DNA of 64,000 bases. It comes from a virus. Lineage: Duplodnaviria; Caudoviricetes. The position numbers and the translations under genes are program-made. Each line of letters opens with the position of its first letter. Positions within the stretch are counted from its first letter, which is position 1. Positions 37,590 through 47,457 of the stretch are shown here, one piece after another. The stretch is taken from IMG/VR virus record IMGVR_UViG_2519899680_000008, positions 1 to 64,000 of that record; one strand, written 5' to 3'. The notes under the pieces are model-generated. The model worked only from the letters and a program-made list of their open reading frames with translations, searched no databases and was not told the DNA's origin.

Positions 37590-38906
37590 TTACCGTATCC
37601 TGTACGGAATAGACAGTTTCTGCCGGTAACCGTTCACCCCGAACGTCGTCGTCACCTCTTCCACGAGATAGACCCCGTTCTTGGACGGGTTCCGGTTGTC
37701 CGCCAGTTCCACCTGCACGGCCGGGAAAAGGCCGTAGTCCCCGAAAATGGTTACGGTCCCCGTGATGCCGTTCAGGTTATAGTTCCGGAAATACTCGGTC
37801 GTTTCCGCCACCAGGTCATCGGAGGAGATGCCGATGTGCGGCGACATGTAAGGCACGATGGTATAGGTACTCAAATCGACCTTTGTACGGGTATCGGCAC
37901 CTTTGGCGGTAGTATTGCCCGTCACCTTGTGGGTTTTCTTGGAAATCTGCGTGGCATTGACGGTCTGGAACTCCTTGCTTCCCGGTGTGGACGGGTCATA
38001 TTCCGGGTTCATGCGTACTGTCACCTCGAAAAATTTCTGGTCGATCCCCAATGCCTTGCCCGTTACCGCGAGGAACTTGGGGTCTGTCCGGACTACTTTC
38101 AGGTCGTTTCCGGCCACATGGTAATCGAACAGCAGCTTGTACGGTCCCGTCGAATCGTCTTCGGGGAAAACCGGCTGTCCCTTACTGGAAGAATACGGAC
38201 GTCCCACGGCAATGGACGGCATGGCCCCCTCGTCCTCCGCGTCATATTTCAGGAAGCAATAGACCTTGTAGCGGGACCACTCGGAAAGGATGTCGGCAAC
38301 GGTGAAATTGTCCGTTACCTTGACCTTTCCGATCTGTATGTCATACTTGCGCGTGTCGCTGTGGAGCTTGAACCCCGTGTCCTTCAATATATTGTACTTG
38401 CCTTCGAGTACATCCTTGACTGTCGTTCCCGTGACGGGAGTCTCGAACATGGGCGCCTGCACCAGTTTCAGCTTGTACGCCATGTTCTCGCACTGCAACT
38501 CCAGCAGGCCGTCCGAGTTGTACCCCGTGATATACCCGTCGAACATGTTCTTCAATACCCCGTTGTAGCCCAGTTTGGCATTGATGCGCTGACCGACCTT
38601 GAACGTGGTGGCGTCGAGGACATTCTGGCTCTGCCGCTTCTCGATGATGACGCCGTCCTGCATGACCTCCGCCGTGATGCGCGAGACATCCTTGCCTTCC
38701 GGAGTCCCGTTGCCGATAACGGTGCCGCGACAGACTGTCCCTTTCGGGAACCTGAAGCGTGCCGTTCCGACCAGTTTCTTGTAGCTCTCGTTGATTTCCA
38801 ACTCCTGCACCTCGTCGATTTCAATCCCGTTCATGATCCGCATCGGGTTTCCGGGGTCGGGGTCTCCGATAGTGATGCGGCAACAGAGCACGTCCATCGT
38901 TGTCAT
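37590..38906 (-). CDS. Baseplate hub / late-control D-like protein
   Basis: LGYNG...FDGYITG, LQCEN, GVYLVEEVTTTFGVNGYRQ; ATGA overlap start. Confidence 0.65.
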   Translation of the reverse strand: MTTMDVLCCRITIGDPDPGNPMRIMNGIEIDEVQELEINESYKKLVGTARFRFPKGTVCRGTVIGNGTPEGKDVSRITAEVMQDGVIIEKRQSQNVLDATTFKVGQRINAKLGYNGVLKNMFDGYITGYNSDGLLELQCENMAYKLKLVQAPMFETPVTGTTVKDVLEGKYNILKDTGFKLHSDTRKYDIQIGKVKVTDNFTVADILSEWSRYKVYCFLKYDAEDEGAMPSIAVGRPYSSSKGQPVFPEDDSTGPYKLLFDYHVAGNDLKVVRTDPKFLAVTGKALGIDQKFFEVTVRMNPEYDPSTPGSKEFQTVNATQISKKTHKVTGNTTAKGADTRTKVDLSTYTIVPYMSPHIGISSDDLVAETTEYFRNYNLNGITGTVTIFGDYGLFPAVQVELADNRNPSKNGVYLVEEVTTTFGVNGYRQKLSIPYRIR

Positions 38907-39880
38907 AACCACAGGCGGGTAATCTTGAGCAGGGAGGACGGGTCAACGACCTCCGTGCCGAATTTGACATACTTGATCCATTTGTTGGTGTGCTTGATTG
39001 CCTCGTCCACCTTCTCCTGCCCGGCAAGTTTCAGCTCCACGCTCTCCGAAGGCTCCACCGCCACGCAGGAAAGGCTGTAGGGCTGTATGTTCCGGCAGTC
39101 GGACGGCAGGAACGTATAGCCCAGCACGATCAGGCGGGTGATGTTGAACTGGCGGAGTATGGTGTTGTCACAGTCCAGGACACCCTTGAACTGCATCAGC
39201 TTCAGAAATTTCGACACCTCGGCTTCCGGATAGACATCCGGGTATTTGGAGGTGATCTTGCCTGACACGGAGATTTCCAGGTCGCCGCCGGAAACGTATT
39301 CCTTGCGGGTATAGTCCCGTCCCTGTACCGTGGTCAGCACGATATTGTTCCGGCTGGACACCTGCACATGGGGCTGCAAATCGACGAATGTCACCAGCCC
39401 GTAGGAACTGTTGGGGCACACCTTGCCTTCCTTGCTGTCGTAGTAGTTGCCTTCCGTGGAAATGGAGAGTTCCAGATAGTCGGGTACGGTACGCCCCACG
39501 ATGGTGTCCGTGTAGTTCTTCTGCCTGGCGACTGCCTGCTGCTCCCTGATGAGCTGGTAATACTGCCCGGTCTTGTTGGCAAGGCTCGACTGCGATTGTG
39601 TCTGCAGGTACTTGTCGCGCGTCCGCTGTTCCCAATACTGCAAATAGCGGGGATAGGAACGGAGCAACCCGTAAGCCGCCTGCGATACCGTCTGGATGGC
39701 GGCCCTTTTCAGAAGGTCGTGATGTTTGGAGAAATAATGTACCTGCCCGTCCTGAAACTCGGCAAGCCCCATGCCCAAGGCACGGCGGGTGGCGTCGCTG
39801 ATATACCCGCCCAGGGAGCCGCCGGAGAGAATGCCCCCGCTCAGCAGAGTGGAAGCGGCTATCTGTATCAATCTTCCCAT
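38903..39880 (-). CDS. Tail tube initiator-like protein (DUF6046-like)
   Basis: NIVLTTVQGRDYTRKEYVSGGD motif; directly after the tape measure gene. Confidence 0.55.
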   Translation of the reverse strand: MGRLIQIAASTLLSGGILSGGSLGGYISDATRRALGMGLAEFQDGQVHYFSKHHDLLKRAAIQTVSQAAYGLLRSYPRYLQYWEQRTRDKYLQTQSQSSLANKTGQYYQLIREQQAVARQKNYTDTIVGRTVPDYLELSISTEGNYYDSKEGKVCPNSSYGLVTFVDLQPHVQVSSRNNIVLTTVQGRDYTRKEYVSGGDLEISVSGKITSKYPDVYPEAEVSKFLKLMQFKGVLDCDNTILRQFNITRLIVLGYTFLPSDCRNIQPYSLSCVAVEPSESVELKLAGQEKVDEAIKHTNKWIKYVKFGTEVVDPSSLLKITRLWL

Positions 39881-39922
39881 ATTCCTGTCGTTTTTTTGAA
39901 TGTCATGCCATTGTTACGCCCC

Positions 39923-42900
39923 TTACCCGTTCCAGCTCGCGTCGAAGTCATGCACCACGTCTATCAATGCCCGCGCCAGCTCTTCCTTCAGGTTCCGGAT
40001 TTCCGCCTGCCGTCCTTCCTCGGTCTTCATAAGGTCAATGGTACCGATACTGAGCAGGCTGCTGATATTGACGATGACCTGCTTGGGTGCGGCCGACGAA
40101 AGTTTCCCTGTCCCCGAGTAATTACCTCCCGCACCCCCGTCGTCCAGGCCGTTGTTCGTTATCGGGTTGGAATCGAACGGGCGCGTGTCATTCGAGTCCG
40201 GTTCGTTGCTGAACAGCATGGGGGCGAAACCGGCCGAACGGAGGATGTTCTCCGCCGCCTCGGATGAACCGCCGAAGGTCTGGCGGAGCGATGCGGCGAA
40301 TTTCACGAGGGTGTCATGCGCCAGCTTGCGGTGCGCGATATAGTCTTCGCGTTCCTCGTCCGTAACATTTCCGGCCAGTGCTTTCTGTCCCCATTGCCCG
40401 TCTTTCCCCTGCACGTATCCCCACTTTTTCAGCTGCTCGAAATCGAAACCGCCCTTTCTCATCAGCTCCTGCGCCTTGTCCGCACCCGATATGGCATCCC
40501 TGTAAGCCGTCGCCGCACGGATGATTTCCGGAACGGTCTTCCCGTTCATGTATCTGGCATAGTCGTAGGTCTGCGCCGCTATGGCCTCGGGCTTGTCCCC
40601 CAGGTCGGAATTGTATACTATCTTTCCGTCCACCTCGCGCCACAGGGACTTTTCCAGGTCCTTCTCCTGCTGCCCGAAACGTTCCCTGACGGTCTTGATG
40701 AAGGCATTGACCTCCAAGGCGGTCGTCAGCTTGCCGAACTCGGCGTACGCGGAGTTGATGCGTTCCTGGCTGTCACGCTTGGCGAGGGTGATCAGGGCGT
40801 CCCTTATATCGTCCTGCCGGGCGTCATCCGTGTTGTACACGTCATCGACGGTGACCATTCCTTCCGAAGACGCGGCGGCAAACATCCCCAGGAAGCCGGC
40901 CCACCAGTTCCTGGTGAAAAAGCCTATCTTGTGCCCGGAGGCTTCCTCTATGCTCTTGCCCGCCACCACGTCATCCACCGCCCGTTTGGTTTTCAGCGCG
41001 ATCTGGTAGGTCTCGCTCAGGGAGGAATACAACGTCTCGATGGAAGGATAGCGGTACTTGCGGTTTTTCTCGATTTCCTCCAGCACGGCGTCCTTGGCCT
41101 TCTTCACCTGCCATGTCTTGTACGCCACCCAGCCTAACGCCCCGACCAGAGCCGACAAGCCTGCCGTAGCCGCCACGGCTCCCGTGCTGATGGCACTCAA
41201 AGAAGCCGCCGCACCCGTCAGGCTTCCTCCCGTGGCGACTTGCGTGGCGAACAGGGACTGGAGAGCCTGCCGTGTCCCCCAGACACCGCCCCTGGCTGCC
41301 AAAGCCTGCATCATGGCACCCTTCCCCGAAATGCCGGCCGACTGCATGGCTGACACGATGGCCCGTTTCCGGGCAAAACCGGCCTTGCCCAATCCTTTCA
41401 TGCCGGCCAGCCCCTGTATGAGTTCCACAGAGCCGGCAGCGGCCGACTGTTTCCCGATAAAACCCAGGGCGATACCTATATTGGTCAACGCTCCCGCTAT
41501 CTTGAACAGCTGGATGGAGGCATAGCCGGTAAACACGAGCGGTTCTATCCAGTGGAAATTACGGGTAACCCACGCCCCGATATTGCCGAGCAGGGTCATA
41601 ATGTCCAGCAATGCCCGTCCGATGGTGACCAGCCCCCGGGTAAATTCCGGGGCCTTGAACTTTTCCAGGAACGAGTGGAACACCGTACGGATTTCCGGCT
41701 CCAGGATCTCGTACGCCTGCATGAACCCTTCGGAAACCTGCGAGGTGACCTGGTCCCACAAGCCTTTGGTCGTGTTCTGTTTCACAAGTGCCAGCTCGGA
41801 GGCGATGCCGTGCGAGGTACGGTTATGGACAGCCAGTTCCCGCAACTGTCCGTAGTTGCGCACGAACATCATGGCGGCATTGCCCCCGATCTTGCCGAAT
41901 ATCGCCTGCATGTCCGCCATGGAAGCACCCTTCTTGTTCAGCTCCTCGAAAATGTCGGCGATGGGGCGCAGCTTCTCGACCTGCACGCCCGCGATATCAC
42001 GCATCTCCGTGAACCTGACGCCCAGGCGGTCCAGCACCTTCTGCGCTTCTTTGGTCGGCTTGGCGAAACGGGTGGACATGGCACGCAGGGAAGTACCCGC
42101 CAGCGTGCCTTTCAATCCCATGTTACCCAGCAGTCCGACTGCCGCCGCGCTCTCGGTGAAGTCCACGCCCGCCATTCTCAGGTAGCCGGCAGCCATCTTG
42201 TAGCTCTCGGCCATCTCCACGATATTCACGTTGGAGCGGGAAATCGTGGAGGCGATGACATCCGCCACACTGTCCATGCTCCCGTTGCGTATATCGTACC
42301 CCGCCATGATATTGGTAGCGAGGTCGGCGATGTATGCCACGTCGTTGTCCCCGATAAGGGCGAGGTTCGTGATCGGGCGGATGGACTGGTTTATCGTATC
42401 GATTCCCATACCGGCCATTGCCAGATACTTGACGGCCCCTGCCACTTCCACGGCGGTGTACTTCGTGTCGATACCGATTTTACGCACGTGACGGGCCATC
42501 TGGTCGAAACGGGACTCGAATGTCCCGAGGCTGTCGTCCGCCACCTTTAGAATGGAACGGGCGGATTCCATCAGGTTGGCGTATTCGACGGCTTCCGCCA
42601 GTTCCGACCTGAGCAGGCTGTAGCCCATGTAGGCATTCAGCATGGTAGCGAACGGGAGGTCCCTTAACGAGGGGGCACGGGAGTACTGGATACGGTTGAT
42701 GGCCGCACGCCGCTTGCTGCGGTGCAGCGTCCCCGCGGCACTTTGCTCCGCCTGCATCTGCCGTATTGCCTGGACGGCGTTTCGCTGCTTCTCCTCCCTT
42801 GCCTCCTTTTCCGCCTTTACGCGGGCTGCCTCCGCCTGTTTCCGTAACCGCTCGGCTGCTTTTGCCGCGTTGCGCCGTTCCTGTTCCTCCCGTCTTGCCT

Positions 42901-43744
42901 GTTCCTTCTGTCGCCGTTCTTCCGCTTCGGTCCCGGTCTGCCTGCCGCGCTGACGCTGCTGCATCTCGAAAAGCTCGTCGGCCTGGGCGAGTTTCTGGCG
43001 GTGCTTCTGCTGGGAGACGTACAACTGTTCCGCCAGCCTTTGCTGTGCCTTCTCAGGAAGGGCATACGCCGGCAAGGCATACGGGACAGCCACCGGGGCT
43101 CCCGCCTGTGCCGGTAGACCGCTCCCTTGCAGGGAAAACGGGATACGCGCGGCTCCCTTTATCCGTTCCAGCAGGGAGAGGATTTCCTGCAGCCTGCCTT
43201 TGGCGGCATCCGTCCGGATATCCACCTCCTTTCCTTTGCCGAGGGATACAAGCGCGGAATTGATTTTTCCGATAACCTTGGTAATCTGCTTCTGGGCATC
43301 CAGCACGCTACGCACGGACGAGGCGGCGGTGTTCTCGATTTCGGTTTTCCTGAGTTCCGCCGCCTTTTTCTCGTAAAGGCTTTTGGCTTTCGCCTTGATA
43401 CCTTTGCTGTCGAGGGGCTGTCCGGCGTTGATGACCAGGTTGATGCCTTTGGACAGGGTGCCGATTTCCGTCAACAGGTTCTTCACCCGGATCAGCTTCT
43501 CTTCCGTCATCCCGGTCTCGATGGTCAGGCGGTAGTCGAAGTTTCGCCTCTTGCCGTTCTTGGTGCGGAACACCCGGTCGATCTCGTCCATCATGGACTT
43601 GATGTTGTTGACTGCCGGGGTGAGGCTGGCCTTTGCCTGTACCAGCTTGCCGACCGCTTCACCGAAAGCGATGACCTGCTTGGTGCCGGCGGAGGCATCC
43701 ACGTTTATGCTGTAATTGACCTGGTAGTTCTGTTCCTGTGCCAT
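39923..43744 (-). CDS. Tail tape measure protein
   Basis: 1273 aa; TP901-type core (TKYTAVEVAGAVKYLAMAG, AGTSLRAM). Confidence 0.92.
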   Translation of the reverse strand: MAQEQNYQVNYSINVDASAGTKQVIAFGEAVGKLVQAKASLTPAVNNIKSMMDEIDRVFRTKNGKRRNFDYRLTIETGMTEEKLIRVKNLLTEIGTLSKGINLVINAGQPLDSKGIKAKAKSLYEKKAAELRKTEIENTAASSVRSVLDAQKQITKVIGKINSALVSLGKGKEVDIRTDAAKGRLQEILSLLERIKGAARIPFSLQGSGLPAQAGAPVAVPYALPAYALPEKAQQRLAEQLYVSQQKHRQKLAQADELFEMQQRQRGRQTGTEAEERRQKEQARREEQERRNAAKAAERLRKQAEAARVKAEKEAREEKQRNAVQAIRQMQAEQSAAGTLHRSKRRAAINRIQYSRAPSLRDLPFATMLNAYMGYSLLRSELAEAVEYANLMESARSILKVADDSLGTFESRFDQMARHVRKIGIDTKYTAVEVAGAVKYLAMAGMGIDTINQSIRPITNLALIGDNDVAYIADLATNIMAGYDIRNGSMDSVADVIASTISRSNVNIVEMAESYKMAAGYLRMAGVDFTESAAAVGLLGNMGLKGTLAGTSLRAMSTRFAKPTKEAQKVLDRLGVRFTEMRDIAGVQVEKLRPIADIFEELNKKGASMADMQAIFGKIGGNAAMMFVRNYGQLRELAVHNRTSHGIASELALVKQNTTKGLWDQVTSQVSEGFMQAYEILEPEIRTVFHSFLEKFKAPEFTRGLVTIGRALLDIMTLLGNIGAWVTRNFHWIEPLVFTGYASIQLFKIAGALTNIGIALGFIGKQSAAAGSVELIQGLAGMKGLGKAGFARKRAIVSAMQSAGISGKGAMMQALAARGGVWGTRQALQSLFATQVATGGSLTGAAASLSAISTGAVAATAGLSALVGALGWVAYKTWQVKKAKDAVLEEIEKNRKYRYPSIETLYSSLSETYQIALKTKRAVDDVVAGKSIEEASGHKIGFFTRNWWAGFLGMFAAASSEGMVTVDDVYNTDDARQDDIRDALITLAKRDSQERINSAYAEFGKLTTALEVNAFIKTVRERFGQQEKDLEKSLWREVDGKIVYNSDLGDKPEAIAAQTYDYARYMNGKTVPEIIRAATAYRDAISGADKAQELMRKGGFDFEQLKKWGYVQGKDGQWGQKALAGNVTDEEREDYIAHRKLAHDTLVKFAASLRQTFGGSSEAAENILRSAGFAPMLFSNEPDSNDTRPFDSNPITNNGLDDGGAGGNYSGTGKLSSAAPKQVIVNISSLLSIGTIDLMKTEEGRQAEIRNLKEELARALIDVVHDFDASWNG

Positions 43745-43764
43745 AAAGGTTTCCTGTATGCTAC

Positions 43765-43794
43765 AAGAATAGAAGGAATGGAAAGGAGGAGATT
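43765..43794 (-). promoter_or_regulatory. Putative phage-sigma promoter (AATCT-N17-CTATTCTT)
   Basis: Bipartite motif copy. Confidence 0.65.
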
Positions 43795-43908
43795 AAAAAG
43801 GCATCCCTACGTCAGAAGAAATGCCCCTTGAATATGTTCGGGGTTGTTTCAGTCCATTCAAAAATCAAGGGTGCCGCTTCATATTAAAATGAAACGACAC
43901 CCTTTTCT

Positions 43909-44115
43909 TCAGTCAGCGGCGGAAGGGGAAACGCCCGGAAGAACCATGCGGCTGGCCAGCATCTGCTCGTGCAGCCACAGGGCCTCCTCCGAAAGCATGG
44001 CGAACTCCTCGTCCGTCATCTCGTCGATATTCACGCCGGGAAAGTAGTGACGCAGGTAAATCATCCGTTGCCGGATGCGCTGATCATCACGTACCGCCCA
44101 GCGGTCTATAAATTT
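43909..44115 (-). CDS. -1 frameshift extension of the tail assembly chaperone (gpGT-like)
   Basis: Slippery A_AAT_TTA at 44115-44109; the -1 frame is open (IDRWAVRDDQRIRQRMIYLRHYFPGV...) to the TGA at 43909. Confidence 0.75.
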   Translation of the reverse strand, partial: KFIDRWAVRDDQRIRQRMIYLRHYFPGVNIDEMTDEEFAMLSEEALWLHEQMLASRMVLPGVSPSAAD

Positions 44116-44462
44116 ACCAGCATGCTCTGGCGGGTGGTGATGAGTTCGGACAACTGCCCCATAAGCCCGAAAAGGAACAACGAATCATCATCTACGAGTT
44201 CCTTGTCGCCCTCGATGAAACAGTCCCTGGCAAGAGTCCTCATGGCAAGCACCTCGTCTTTTTTGGAGGCGGCCATAAATTTGGAAAACTGCGGGAAAGT
44301 CGGCTCTGCCATGAAGGCCACGTAGGACGTTTTTTCTCCGGCCGCCGTATCCCCGAATACGACCATGGGATACACCTTGCGCAGTTTTTTTTCTTCTTTC
44401 AGCTTCAAGGCTCTTTCCTTGATTTTCGCTTCCTGTTCGAGTGTCAGCATTTTTTCTTCCAT
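44106..44462 (-). CDS. Tail assembly chaperone (gpG-like)
   Basis: Position between tube and tape measure; slippery site just before the stop. Confidence 0.8.
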   Translation of the reverse strand: MEEKMLTLEQEAKIKERALKLKEEKKLRKVYPMVVFGDTAAGEKTSYVAFMAEPTFPQFSKFMAASKKDEVLAMRTLARDCFIEGDKELVDDDSLFLFGLMGQLSELITTRQSMLVNL

Positions 44463-44486
44463 GTCGAAATGTTTTTAGTTCTCCTA

Positions 44487-44516
44487 AAGCATAGAGGAAA
44501 AACGGGAGAAAGGATT
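44487..44516 (-). promoter_or_regulatory. Putative phage-sigma promoter (AATCC-N17-CTATGCTT)
   Basis: Bipartite motif copy. Confidence 0.6.
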
Positions 44517-44756
44517 ATAAAACGAGCCAGATCCTGTTCCTGCAACAACGTTTTTGTGATTTCTGCCAAGGCGGCGGACACTGGTATGCCGGGCATTTCC
44601 GCAATCTTCAACAGATTGTTGGAGGACTGTGCAGTCTCCCTTGGGACACCGTATACACGTAATAGACGTGAAAAGTAATGACTTATAGCGACATGAAATT
44701 TTTGCCGCCTATCTTAGTGTTACGCAAACAGGCAAATAGTACCGGATAGTCTGTTT

Positions 44757-45242
44757 TTATCGAAGCTGGACCAGTTTCCCTTCAATGCCGCAACTCTTCA
44801 GCACCGCGGTATTTGCCTTGCCAAAGGCTATCAGGCAGGAAGGTGCGCCGGCGGTGCTTCCGCGCTCGCCGCTCACATGATGGAAGCTCAGCCGCCCCTT
44901 GATGAAAAGGACGGAATCCGCCCTGGGAAATATCCACTCGTGGAAAAGACGGGTGTCCGTCCTGGCGAAGGTCAGTGCGACGGCATTCCCGTGTTCGGAA
45001 CACCTGCGTATGAACTGCACGATAAGTGAGGTGTCATACGGTGGATTGCAGAATACCCGTCCGAACCACGGCTGTTTCAGCCCGTCATCCTCTATCGTGT
45101 AATGATGCGCGGCCGTAGCCCACGGACGGTTTACCGGTGCACAGGGGTCGAGGTCGAACGGCCCCAGGCGTTCCAGCAGGTCCGGAGGGGTGAGCCATTC
45201 GTTCTTTCCCGTGGACGAGCGTCCTTCAAACCTTACATCCAT
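44757..45242 (-). CDS. Phage-type DNA N6-adenine methyltransferase (Dam family)
   Basis: EWLTPP...FDLDPCA, DDGL..PW, VFCNPPY, ARTDT. Confidence 0.88.
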   Translation of the reverse strand: MDVRFEGRSSTGKNEWLTPPDLLERLGPFDLDPCAPVNRPWATAAHHYTIEDDGLKQPWFGRVFCNPPYDTSLIVQFIRRCSEHGNAVALTFARTDTRLFHEWIFPRADSVLFIKGRLSFHHVSGERGSTAGAPSCLIAFGKANTAVLKSCGIEGKLVQLR

Positions 45243-45245
45243 GCC

Positions 45246-45701
45246 TTATATGGTATCTCCGCTACCCACGACGATATCGAACGGGTTCAGGTCGAATTCG
45301 TGCGTGATATTCGTGTCATCCTGCTGCGACTCCATCCCGTCTTCCGAGAAGATGCATCCTTTCAGCGTGACGGTTGTTGTCGTCCAGTCGTCACTGGCCA
45401 TGGGATTGGCAAAGGAAATGATCAGGTCGAACTCCCCGATGTCCATCAGCGAGCCGTAAGTGGAACGCAGAAGCTGCTGGGTGGCGTAGTCCATGGTGAT
45501 GGAGGCGGTATAGGTAATGTTCCCGAACCCCCTCGATACCGGTTTCCCGCCCATGCCGTAGTTGGATTCCACCTTGCGTTTCTTGGACCACTTGATGCCG
45601 GACACCCCTTCCAACGTGGTGGAGCCTTCATCGATTCCGAGCGCGGTCGATGAAAGAGTTATCATCGACCACGAGTACGCGACATTGTTGATTACTGCCA
45701 T
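45246..45701 (-). CDS. Tail tube protein
   Basis: INNVAYSWSMI...SRGFGN; follows the sheath gene. Confidence 0.8.
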   Translation of the reverse strand: MAVINNVAYSWSMITLSSTALGIDEGSTTLEGVSGIKWSKKRKVESNYGMGGKPVSRGFGNITYTASITMDYATQQLLRSTYGSLMDIGEFDLIISFANPMASDDWTTTTVTLKGCIFSEDGMESQQDDTNITHEFDLNPFDIVVGSGDTI

Positions 45702-45704
45702 AGC

Positions 45705-47054
45705 TTAACTGTTTGCGGTGAGAGACAGTCCTTCTTCCACTTCGATGCGCGTAGCCACACCTACCGGGACAAGGACGTATGAAATCTTGAGCGTGTCGTT
45801 GACCAGCACGTTCTGGTTGGGGTCTATGGTGACGGCATACCCTGAAATCTCCTGTGCCGCCTGCATCTTCGCCAGGATATCGCCGACAAGGGTCTTGAAC
45901 GCCGTGATCTTGGACGTGGCGAGGTACCCCGTCGAGGGATTGACCAGCAGAGGGGAATTGACATACGGCAGCAGGGCCGCACGGACCGCCCTCCGGCTCT
46001 TGTTTATCGTGCGGTTACGGGCTATCGTCCTGAAATCGCCCGTGGAGCAGGTCTGGTCCTTCGATATGTAGATGCCGTTCTCCCTGCCCGCGTACTTGAT
46101 AGGGAAAATGTATCCCTTCTCGTCCAGCTCATCCAGCAGGGAGGGTGAAAGCGACTCGTACCGGTTCAGGCTCAGGAAATTTTCCTCCTCCTCGTCGAGG
46201 TTGATGTCCCCGAAACCGAGTTCGATTTCCTGAAAATCGTCCGTGAAGAGATTGAACTGCTTGACCCATGCAATGGACTCCTGTACATTCGCCTTGGCGA
46301 TAGCCCCCATGACCGCCCCCAGGAATCCCACGGGCGTATGGTTTGCATTGCACATCTGCATGGTGGAGACCTTTTCGCTGTGCGCCTGCCCGAAGATGCA
46401 GCTGATACGGCTGGACTCGCATATACAGGACGGTATCTTGTTCAAGTCTACCTGCCGCCCCTCCGTCGTGTCCGCCCCCGTGTGGGACGGATTGGCGGAC
46501 AGCACGAGCGAAAGCGGCTGGTTCTGCTCCGCGAGCCCCACGGCCACGTCATTGAGTCCCTTGACCAGGTTCAGGTTGTATTTGTCCGCCGGGCCGTTCG
46601 CTTTCCATATCGGCTGTTCCGTCCAGATACCTATCTGGCTGATCATGCCTCCCGCGGCACGCTGCATGATTTCCAGCGCGTCCCAGTTGGAGGAGCAGTC
46701 GGCAAACATCACGTACAGCTTGCCGGAGCCGTTCACGTTTCCGGACATGCGGAAAAACTCGCGGATATGGTATGCCGGGATGCCGTACATGAAATTGACA
46801 TTGGTTTCCTCGTCCTCCGTCGCCTCCACCCGTTCAATGATGCCGAAGTCGTTCACGGCGGACTTGAAGGACGTGATGTAGCACACGTCCCCGAGCCTGA
46901 CCTTCGTCTCGTTGGTCTTGCCGTAACCCTCGGTGAAGAGTTTCGGCTGCAGCGAGACATCGAACAGGAGTCCCGTGACCTTCTCGTTGGAGGAGCCGGT
47001 ATCATAGGGGATATTCCCGTCCACATCCTTTATAAAGACATTTCCAAGTGCCAT
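45705..47054 (-). CDS. Tail sheath protein (DUF2586-like)
   Basis: RNRTINKSRR, EISGYAVTIDPNQNVL...VPVGVA sheath C-terminal motifs. Confidence 0.8.
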   Translation of the reverse strand: MALGNVFIKDVDGNIPYDTGSSNEKVTGLLFDVSLQPKLFTEGYGKTNETKVRLGDVCYITSFKSAVNDFGIIERVEATEDEETNVNFMYGIPAYHIREFFRMSGNVNGSGKLYVMFADCSSNWDALEIMQRAAGGMISQIGIWTEQPIWKANGPADKYNLNLVKGLNDVAVGLAEQNQPLSLVLSANPSHTGADTTEGRQVDLNKIPSCICESSRISCIFGQAHSEKVSTMQMCNANHTPVGFLGAVMGAIAKANVQESIAWVKQFNLFTDDFQEIELGFGDINLDEEEENFLSLNRYESLSPSLLDELDEKGYIFPIKYAGRENGIYISKDQTCSTGDFRTIARNRTINKSRRAVRAALLPYVNSPLLVNPSTGYLATSKITAFKTLVGDILAKMQAAQEISGYAVTIDPNQNVLVNDTLKISYVLVPVGVATRIEVEEGLSLTANS

Positions 47055-47383
47055 TATGATTTTGTTTTAGACTTGTTGTAGTAAGGGTTTCTGTACAGTA
47101 CGGCATCGCCACGCAGGGCCTTTGCCGTGTCGGGGGTGAATGTTCCTCCCCGGCTGTCGATAAACAGGGAGGGATATGAGGGGTACAGCCTGAGCAGTCC
47201 CTGTATCCAGGGCGAGCCGGCTTCTGCGGTTTCCCCGTCCCGTAACGTGTCTTCCGTGTCCTTTTCCTCGTTTCCATTTTCGGGGGACTGCTGCTCGGAC
47301 TGTTCCTGTACCGTTTCCTTCTGCACTGCCGCAGGGACTTCCTGTTCCTGCCGGTTTTCTTCCGGATTGGTTTTCTTGGCCAT
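47054..47383 (-). CDS. Hypothetical protein (109 aa)
   Basis: Between capsid and sheath; stop overlaps the sheath start. Confidence 0.65.
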   Translation of the reverse strand: MAKKTNPEENRQEQEVPAAVQKETVQEQSEQQSPENGNEEKDTEDTLRDGETAEAGSPWIQGLLRLYPSYPSLFIDSRGGTFTPDTAKALRGDAVLYRNPYYNKSKTKS

Positions 47384-47392
47384 AGTTCAATG

Positions 47393-47425
47393 AAAATGGG
47401 GAACGGGGCAATACCTCCGTTCCCC
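47393..47425 (-). terminator. Terminator-like hairpin after the capsid gene
   Basis: GGGGAACGG/CCGTTCCCC stem followed by ATTTT. Confidence 0.55.
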
Positions 47426-47457
47426 GGGTGAGACAATCAAATCAGATGAAAGGTGTA

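Noticed and set aside
44469-44756. Gene in the Dam-chaperone gap (69-aa plus-strand ORF)
   Set aside because: Overlaps the phage promoter and has no recognisable motif; may be a remnant but cannot be supported.
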